Positions 56,769 through 64,000 of a stretch of 64,000 nucleotides of DNA are shown here, piece by piece. The notes beneath the pieces are model-generated. The model did no database searches. It saw only the letters and a list, made by a program, of their open reading frames with translations, and was not told the origin of the DNA. Source of the stretch: Candidatus Marinacidobacterales bacterium (GTDB taxonomy: Bacteria > Acidobacteriota > Vicinamibacteria > Marinacidobacterales > DATDRI01). The number at the start of each line of letters is the position of its first letter. Positions within the stretch are counted from its first letter, which is position 1. Made by a program: the position numbers and the translations under genes. The DNA lies in NCBI GenBank assembly GCA_965219415.1, contig CBDCNP010000002.1, positions 5,376,001 to 5,440,000 of the forward strand. The letters run 5' to 3'.

Positions 56769-58088
56769 TTGTTCAAACGCATCGCAATCTCGTTCTTCCT
56801 TGTTGCACTCGCAAAACCGGTGCTCACCCAGGAGACTCCTCTGGCGTTCGTCGGTGCCCGGATCATTCCGGTAAGTCTGGACGGAAGTGTCGACATCGAA
56901 AGCGGCGTCCTGGTCATTCATCAAGGCAAGATCGTCGCCGTCAGTCCCCTCGATTCAGTCGATATCCCGTCGGGCGCGGAGCGGCACGATGTCGCGGGCT
57001 GGGTCATCATGCCGGGTCTGGTCGATACCCATAGCCATATCGCCGGACCACGGGGAGCGGACCGCAGCGCGCCGATCCAACCGGACGCGCGCGTGCTGGA
57101 CTCACTCAACATGCGCGACGCGAGGGTGCAAAAGGCGCAGGCGGGCGGCATCACCACTGCCAATATCATGCCGGGCTCCGGGCATTTGATGAGCGGACAA
57201 ACTCTCTACCTCAAACTGCGGGAGGGGCGCATCATCGACGACTTCTTGATTCGCAGAGAGGACGGGAGCATCGCGTCGGGAATGAAGATGGCGAACGGCA
57301 CGAACTCGCGAAGGGACCCTCCGTTTCCAGGTACCAGAGCCAAGTCGGCGGCGCTGGTAAGAGAGCAGTACGTCAAGGCACAGGAGTACCGTGAAAAAAT
57401 TCGTCGCGCCGACGGTGATCCAGAAAAGATGCCGCCCCGCGACTTACGGATGGAAGCCCTCGTCGAAATTCTCGAAGGAAAACGGATGGTGCACCACCAC
57501 ACGCATCGTTACGACGACATTTTGACCGTCCTTAGACTCGCGGAAGAGTTCGGGTTTCGCGTCGTGCTCCAACACGCGAGCGACGCCCATAAGGTCGCAG
57601 AAGAGATCGCTGCTGCCGGAGCGCCGGTATCGATCATTACCCTCGACAGTCCGGGCGGAAAGATCGAAGCCAAGGACGGACAATTCTCGCAGGGTAACGG
57701 CGCAGCGCTAGAGAAAGCAGGTGCGGTGGTTGGTTTTCACACCGATGACAGCATCACCGATTCGCGACTCTTCCTACGTTCGGCAGCACTTGCAGTGCGC
57801 GCGGGAATGAGTCGCGCCGGCGCGATCTATGGACTGACCATGGCGGGCGCACGGATGTTGGAGCTTGAGGATCGTATCGGCTCTCTCGAGCCCGGCAAGG
57901 ACGCCGATTTTGTCGTTCTTTCCGGAGATCCATTGAGCGTTTACACCAAGGTCCTCCAAACATGGGTGGAAGGCGAGATGGTCTTCGATCGCAGTACTCC
58001 ACAGGATCGCTTGTACGCGGTGGGCGGATACGGTGCGGGTCACGATCAACCTCTGGTTTTCCAAGAGCTCTTGGACGAGGGACGATGA
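56769..58088 (+). CDS. Secreted amidohydrolase-family protein
   Basis: PGLVDTHSH and GSLEPGKDADFVV. Confidence 0.9.
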   Translation: MFKRIAISFFLVALAKPVLTQETPLAFVGARIIPVSLDGSVDIESGVLVIHQGKIVAVSPLDSVDIPSGAERHDVAGWVIMPGLVDTHSHIAGPRGADRSAPIQPDARVLDSLNMRDARVQKAQAGGITTANIMPGSGHLMSGQTLYLKLREGRIIDDFLIRREDGSIASGMKMANGTNSRRDPPFPGTRAKSAALVREQYVKAQEYREKIRRADGDPEKMPPRDLRMEALVEILEGKRMVHHHTHRYDDILTVLRLAEEFGFRVVLQHASDAHKVAEEIAAAGAPVSIITLDSPGGKIEAKDGQFSQGNGAALEKAGAVVGFHTDDSITDSRLFLRSAALAVRAGMSRAGAIYGLTMAGARMLELEDRIGSLEPGKDADFVVLSGDPLSVYTKVLQTWVEGEMVFDRSTPQDRLYAVGGYGAGHDQPLVFQELLDEGR

Positions 58089-58121
58089 TGCGACGAAAGA
58101 GCGTTGTTCTGGTTTCCATCC

Positions 58122-58209
58122 CGTCCTGTGCCAAAACTCGGCTCTTTTGAAATAGACCATAAATCAGCAGCTTAGACGTCGCCGGAGTTCAGCTTGCGCC
58201 AAACTGTGC
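58122..58209 (+). mobile_element. Family A end truncating the next operon gene (MMRRKSVVLVSI...)
   Basis: CGTCCTGTGCCAAAACTCGG...; tail shared with 9013-9047. Confidence 0.75.
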
Positions 58210-58379
58210 ATAAATGCCGTCCTCGCACGACGACGTGGACGAGCCGGCAACAGTAGACGGAGCAACCACCCATAATCCGGTATAGAATACGCCTATCGTC
58301 GAAATTTGAAGAGCTGATGTCCGTCGCTGTCGCAAGCGGTACGGGCGGAAGCGGAGAAGGACGTGAAGGGAGCAGGGAC

Positions 58380-61037
58380 GTGAAGAAGAGTGGTCGGAGA
58401 CGTGCCGCTGGGCTGCTAGCAGCACTTGTGCTTTCCTGGCTGCCCATCGAAGCGGAGGCACTCAGCGCCGCCCAGGACGATCGGCAGGACCAGATCGAGG
58501 CGCTGAGCCGGGTGCTCGGGATGACCACGGCGGAGATCGAGGCGATGGATCTGTCCTCCGAGGAGATGCAGTTTTTGCTGGAGGGCTATACCGAGGAGAC
58601 GGTCGTCGTCGGTACTCGTGCGCAGCCGCGGACGGTCGCCGAGTCACCGGTTCCGGTCGATGTTCTCTCCTCCTTCGACATCACCAGGCAGGGCGCCGTC
58701 AACCTGCAGGAGCAGCTTAGGACGCTCGTCCCGTCGTTCAACATCAACACACAGCCGATAAGCGACGCCTCGACGGTCGTTCGGCCGGCAATGCTACGCA
58801 ACCTCGCGCCGGACCATACGCTCGTCCTGATCAACGGCAAGCGCCGCCACCGCTCGTCGATCATCGACTGGCACGGCGGCAACGGCGTCGCCTTCGGGTC
58901 ACAGGGCCCGGACATCTCGGCCATTCCGTCGATTGCGTTACGGCAGGTCGAGGTGCTGCGCGATGGCGCGGCGGCGCAGTACGGCTCGGATGCGATCGCC
59001 GGCGTGATGAACTTCCAACTCAAGGATGCTCCATCGGGGGGCACACTCACGTTCAACACCGGCACTTTCGGCTCGGGCGACGGCGAAGCCTTTAACGTCG
59101 CCGGAAATGTTGGACTGCCGCTCGGCGCCACCGGCTTCGCCAACCTCAGCTTGGAGTACGGCAGCTCGAACCCGACCAACCGGAGCGCGCCTCGCAGCGA
59201 TGCGATCGCACTACGGGCGGCCGGTAACGCGGACATCGCCTCCGAAACGCCCCAGATCTGGGGCTCGCCGCGGGTCGATGACGACCTGAAGCTGTTCGGG
59301 AACTTCGGCTACACCGCCGCCAACGGCGTGCAGTTCTACAGCCACACAAACTACGCCAGCAAAAAAGTGACGGGTGGATTCTTCTTCCGGAACCCGAACA
59401 CGCGGGGCGGCGTCTTCAGCATCGACGGCGGCAAGACGCTGCTGATCGGCGACGCGCTCATGGCGGCAGGCACCGGCTCGGCGAACTGCCCCACGGTCGC
59501 GATCACTGACCACGTCGCCGACCCGGCCGCCCTGGAGCAGGTGTTCGACGACCCGAACTGCTTCTCGTTCCGGGAGCGGTTTCCAGGCGGTTTCACCCCA
59601 AACTTCGGTGGCGAAGCGACGGACGTGTCACTCGTCGTCGGCGTCCGTGGCTTCACTGCGGCCGGCTTCGTCTGGGACGTGAGCGGCTCGGTCGGGGCTC
59701 ACGAGACTGATCTGTTCATCTCCGACACCGTCAACGCCTCGCTCGGTCCCGACACGCCGACCGCGTTCGATCTCGGTAGCAACCGGCAGCGGGAGACCGG
59801 CGTCAACTTCGATGTCTCCTACGCCGCTACCGAGATGGTCAACCTCGCCGTTGGCGCGGAATGGCGTGACGAGCAGTACCAGACTACCGAGGGTCATCCG
59901 ACATCGTGGACAGTCGGTCCCTATGGACGCGGGCAGGGCTTCTCGGCCGGTTCCAACGGCTTCTTCGGCTACGGGCCGCTCGCCGCGGGCACCTGGAACC
60001 GGAGCAACGTCGCGGTCTACGGCGATCTGGAGCTGAACGACCCAGACGACGGCTGGACCCTCGGAGCCGCAGTCCGGGTCGAGAACTTCGAAGATTTCGG
60101 CACGACGACGAACGGTAAGGTCTCCGGCCGGGTCGGTTTCGTGCGCGCCAGCGTGAGCAGTGGTTTCCGCGCGCCGACCCCAGGCCAGCAGAACGGGTTC
60201 AACATTGCGACCATCTTCGACCCGGCGCTCGGCGATCTAGTGAACAACGGCACCATCCCGTCGAACTCCCCGGTGGCGGCACTTCGCGGCGGTGTGCCTC
60301 TGCGTCCCGAAACGTCGATCAACTACACAGCCGGAGTGGTTTTCGATACCGGGCTGTTCAATTTCACGGCCGACTACTTCCGCATCGACGTCTCGGACCG
60401 GCTCGGTATCACGAGCAACTTCACTCTTGAGAATGACGAGATCGACGCGCTGCTGGCGCAGGGTGTGGACGCCGCACGCGACCTGAAACGATTCAGGTTC
60501 TTCACCAACGCGTTCGCCACCCGGTCGCAGGGCATCGACATGGTCTCGACCTTCACTCCTATCGCCCTGCGGGGCAACACCGTCATCAGCGCCGTCTTCA
60601 ACTACACCGACACCGTGGTGACCAACAACGACCAGGGACTGCTCAACGACCGGCGGCTCACCGAGTTCGCCTACGCGCTGCCACGGACCCGCTGGAATAT
60701 CGGCCTCACCCAGCGGATGGGGCGCATGAGCTTCCTCGGGCGGGTCAACTACTACGGCGGCTGGTACGACTACGACAGCGGATTCGCCAGGCTCTACACG
60801 CCATCGGGCGGTATCGACAACGGCTTCTTCGGAGGCAAGCCGGTCGTCGATCTGGAGTTGACCATTGACGCCGGCGCCAGCGCGACGGTGACGGTTGGTG
60901 CCCAGAACGCGTTCAACACCTACCCGGATGAGAGTGCGCGCGCGATGTCGGTCGGCGAGAAGTACAGCGAGTACACGCCATGGGGCTTCAACGGCGCCTA
61001 CTACTACGTGCGACTCGGGTACGGATGGGGCAGTTAG
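58380..61037 (+). CDS. TonB-dependent receptor (intact)
   Basis: TonB box ETVVVGTR; plug VLINGKR and VLRDGAAAQYGSDAIAGV; terminal YVRLGYGW. Confidence 0.93.
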   Translation: MKKSGRRRAAGLLAALVLSWLPIEAEALSAAQDDRQDQIEALSRVLGMTTAEIEAMDLSSEEMQFLLEGYTEETVVVGTRAQPRTVAESPVPVDVLSSFDITRQGAVNLQEQLRTLVPSFNINTQPISDASTVVRPAMLRNLAPDHTLVLINGKRRHRSSIIDWHGGNGVAFGSQGPDISAIPSIALRQVEVLRDGAAAQYGSDAIAGVMNFQLKDAPSGGTLTFNTGTFGSGDGEAFNVAGNVGLPLGATGFANLSLEYGSSNPTNRSAPRSDAIALRAAGNADIASETPQIWGSPRVDDDLKLFGNFGYTAANGVQFYSHTNYASKKVTGGFFFRNPNTRGGVFSIDGGKTLLIGDALMAAGTGSANCPTVAITDHVADPAALEQVFDDPNCFSFRERFPGGFTPNFGGEATDVSLVVGVRGFTAAGFVWDVSGSVGAHETDLFISDTVNASLGPDTPTAFDLGSNRQRETGVNFDVSYAATEMVNLAVGAEWRDEQYQTTEGHPTSWTVGPYGRGQGFSAGSNGFFGYGPLAAGTWNRSNVAVYGDLELNDPDDGWTLGAAVRVENFEDFGTTTNGKVSGRVGFVRASVSSGFRAPTPGQQNGFNIATIFDPALGDLVNNGTIPSNSPVAALRGGVPLRPETSINYTAGVVFDTGLFNFTADYFRIDVSDRLGITSNFTLENDEIDALLAQGVDAARDLKRFRFFTNAFATRSQGIDMVSTFTPIALRGNTVISAVFNYTDTVVTNNDQGLLNDRRLTEFAYALPRTRWNIGLTQRMGRMSFLGRVNYYGGWYDYDSGFARLYTPSGGIDNGFFGGKPVVDLELTIDAGASATVTVGAQNAFNTYPDESARAMSVGEKYSEYTPWGFNGAYYYVRLGYGWGS

Positions 61038-61800
61038 TCAACCGTCCCGGTCGCTTGAGAGCGAGAAGCTGCTCCGGACCCTTAATGCCCAGCACGGCTT
61101 CGCCGACCTGCTCGGCATTCATGACGTCACACGATCGCTCGTCAAATACGAGACCGGCCGGCTGAATCGCGCCTATGCCGGGTTCGGCGCGAGTATCGCG
61201 CGCCGACCGAAATGGGTCTCAACCGAGCCGGATTTCATCTTGGGTGCACCGTCCGACGCCGTCTTTTCCCAGTCGCGGTTCGTGCGCGTCGTCACTACGC
61301 ACGACGACATCGAGGACGAGAGCGCTCTCGATGAGATTTGGAGCGGCGTTAAGGACCGCACCCTCGAGTACATCGAAGCCATGCTGCCCGAGCTCAGCCC
61401 CAAGCTGATGAAGTCATGGGAGGGTGTCTGGGACGCCGCGCGTCGTCGCGGTCCGGATTGGGCGCGCCAAGCAGGGGCGTCGCTTCGGTTCATCCTCGTC
61501 GAGGTTCTCGACACCGTGGCTCCCGTCAACGCCCTCACTGACATTCCAAGGCAGTACGTTCACAACAGCAAGCTGGGGCGGCCGGCGCAGATCTACTGGC
61601 TTTGCGCGCCGCTTCAGAACCCGACCTACCGCCGGGTAGTGCGTGCAGATCTCGAATCCGCCATCTCGATCATCGACGCGATGTCGGAAGCGGTTCACCG
61701 CCACGATTACGTCGAGATCGAGGACGCCTTCGACACGATGGTCGTCCGTGCCGCGATCGCACTCTGTCACCTCCTGAAGCTCCGGAAGGCGCGGAACTAG
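61038..61800 (+). pseudogene. Probable pPIWI-associating nuclease-like (pP_pnuc_1-like) protein lacking a clear start
   Basis: WEGVWDAA...PDWARQAGASLR...VLDTVAP...SEAVH pattern; family recalled from memory, not searched. Confidence 0.5.
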
Positions 61801-61875
61801 CCAGCCATAGGCCCGGGCCCCACCGTGATTGTTGGCCACAGCATGCGACATCCGCTCTAGCGAACCAGGACCCCG

Positions 61876-61948
61876 GTAGGGTCGAGGGCTGGCGCGGTGC
61901 TCCGTAGGCGCGGCCTATCTGTTTCTCCCCGTTTCCTGTGGGAGTGCC
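61876..61948 (-). ncRNA. Group II intron 3'-end remnant
   Basis: Matches 11095-11164. Confidence 0.75.
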
Positions 61949-62072
61949 CGTCCTGTCCAAAAACACAAACGAACTCAAGACTGGCGCGCCGGGACGTTTC
62001 GGATCAGAGACGTCTGAGGCTTGGTTAGCCAATGGAAGCTAGAATCCTCGGTCATGAGGAGGCAGAGCCAGC

Positions 62073-63326
62073 TGTGCCTTCTATTTATTCATCCGCGCGC
62101 ACCAAACTTGATTAATCTCCGGTCTGCCAACACCATGCCGGCATGATTTCGTCGTTGGTTCCCGCTCTCATCTCTGCCTTCAAGGCTCGTCGCGAGCTGG
62201 CTCTCGAGAATGTCGCTCTTCGGCAGCAGCTCGCCGTCCTCCGCCGTTCCGTGAAACGGCCGCGGCTCTCGAAAGTCGACCGCGGGTTTTGGGTGCTGTT
62301 GCGCAGAATCTGGACTGACTGGGAGAGCGTCCTCGTCATCGTGAAACCTGAGACGGTCATCCGCTGGCACCGTTGTGGGTTCAGACGATATTGGACTTGG
62401 AAGAGCCGAAGGCGTAGGCCCGGACGACCAGGCGTCGCTCCCGAAATACGTGAGCTGATACGGAACATGAGCAGGGCCAACCCTCTCTGGGGAGCTTCCC
62501 GCGTGCATGGCGAGCTGGCGAAGCTAGGCATCTCCATTTCCCAGGCCGCCGTCTCCAAGTATATGGTTCGCCATCGCACCCCGCCGTCCCATACTTGGCG
62601 GAGCTTTCTCGATAATCATGCAAACGACTTGGTGTCGCTCGACTTTTTCACTTTGCCGACCGCAACCTTCAGAGTTCTGTTCGTCTTCATAGTCCTTCGC
62701 CACGACCGTCGCCGTATCGTTCATTTCAATGTCACCGAACATCCTTCTGCCGAGTGGACGGCGTAGCAAATGGTCGATGCTTTTCCATGGGACACGGCGC
62801 CTCGGTACCTGGTACGGGATCGAGACCGGACCTACGGAGCGTACTTCGATACTCGCGTCGACGGTCTCGGGATAGAGCAGGTCCTTACCGCACCGCGCTC
62901 CCCGTGGCAGAATCCATTGGTCGAAAGGATGATCGGCTCCATTCGACGTGAGTGTCTCGACCACGTGATCGTCCTCGACGAGCGGCACCTGAGGCGAATC
63001 CTACGCAAATACGTCGACTACTATCATTCGTGCCGGACTCATTTGTCGCTTGAGAAGGACGCGCCCGAGCCTCGCCGGGTAGAGTCACCGGCGATGGGCA
63101 AGGTCAGTGCCATTCCAAAGGTCGGTGGTCTCCATCATCACTACACTCGATGCGCTGCTTGAGCCGCTCCGCTCGGAACGGCTGCCGGACTTCGCACCAG
63201 CTTACACCTCTACCCCTGAGTAGAGCCGACGCCGGCTCTTAAAACGTCCTACATGAAGACGACCAAAGCATCCTGGTTGCAGGAAGTTCGCCAATCTCAT
63301 ACAGCTCGAGTTTTATGGAAGGGACA
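62073..63326 (+). mobile_element. rve/integrase-core element, family F (CDS 62143-63162 with in-frame TAG at 62764)
   Basis: IRs TGTGCCTTCTAT / ATGGAAGGGACA; NPLWGASRVHGEL, SPWQN and VGGLHHHY. Confidence 0.88.
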
Positions 63327-63500
63327 GGCAGCGGCTCAGAGGTCGGCTCAACGTTGGTGCGACTGAGCCCGTTGTCAAGTTTGGCTGGGAGTCCTGCGCG
63401 TACCCCAAATTGCGTTTTCTAGCCAGCTGGGATTGTTGAGCGCGTCTATTAGATTACAAGTTCGTGGGCTCCACGCCGGTGCGACGTGAAGGAGGCTGCG

Positions 63501-64000
63501 ATGAGAGTTGGTTCATAAGCGATGCGCCGGATTGGACGTCCACCAGAAATCGATTACGGGTTGCGTTAAAGCGGAAGGTGGTGCGCGAGACGCGTGTGTT
63601 CGGTACAGCCACGAGCGAATTGCTGGAAATGGCGGATTGGCTGGGGCAGAGCAGTTGCACGATTGTAGCGATGGAAGCGACCGGAGTGTATTGGAAGCCG
63701 GTGTGGCATGTGCTCGAAGGTCATTTCGAGTTGGTGTTGGCACAACCGGCCCACGTCAAGAACATGCCGGGTCGTAAGAGCGATATCAGTGATGCCTTCT
63801 GGATAGCGGATTTGCTTGCCCATGGTCTCATTCGTGCTAGCTTCGTTCCGCCAACACCGATCCAGGAACTGCGAGAGCTGACCCGAACGCGAAAGCAGTT
63901 CGTTCGAGGAATCGCTCGGGAGACCCAACGGATTCAAAAGACGTTGGAAGATGCGAACATCAAATTGACGAGCGTGATGAGCACCATTTTAGGTATTGTC
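63501..64000 (+). mobile_element. IS110-family transposase (frameshifted N-terminus, runs off window)
   Basis: CAGLDVHQ, AMEATGVYWKPVW and PGRKSDISDA (DEDD RuvC-like domain). Confidence 0.9.

Noticed and set aside
62764-62766. Pyrrolysine or programmed readthrough at the in-frame TAG
   Set aside because: Context TA*QM fits a CAG-to-TAG nonsense change in a transposase; no pyl genes seen

Overview
A GC-rich bacterial window, most consistent with Acidobacteriota (Vicinamibacteria-like); that placement is inferred from gene content and a GGGGGTGGGGCCCC-type repeat. Intact-looking blocks: ECF sigma/anti-sigma, ino1, TonB-dependent receptors (two behind sigma54 promoters), tricorn protease, sulfatase-TPR, a D-amino-acid/peptide catabolic cluster, M28 peptidase, tRNA-Ser(GCT) and CIRCE-controlled hsp20-groES-groEL. 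The dominant feature is a patchwork. Across 7.8-12 kb and 29-64 kb, almost every gene or gene fragment is bordered by stacks of short mobile-element ends. These come from at least six related rve/integrase-core (IS481-like) families sharing a YGT-N8-AA(A/T)AC(T) terminus, a 166-bp GGTGCTTCCGC-ended MITE and group II intron 3' remnants. There are also IS3 (x2), IS256 (x3, one nested), IS5 and IS110 elements. Many genes are cut exactly at these ends. Numerous single-base frameshifts may be sequencing error. All calls come from reading the sequence; no database searches were run.
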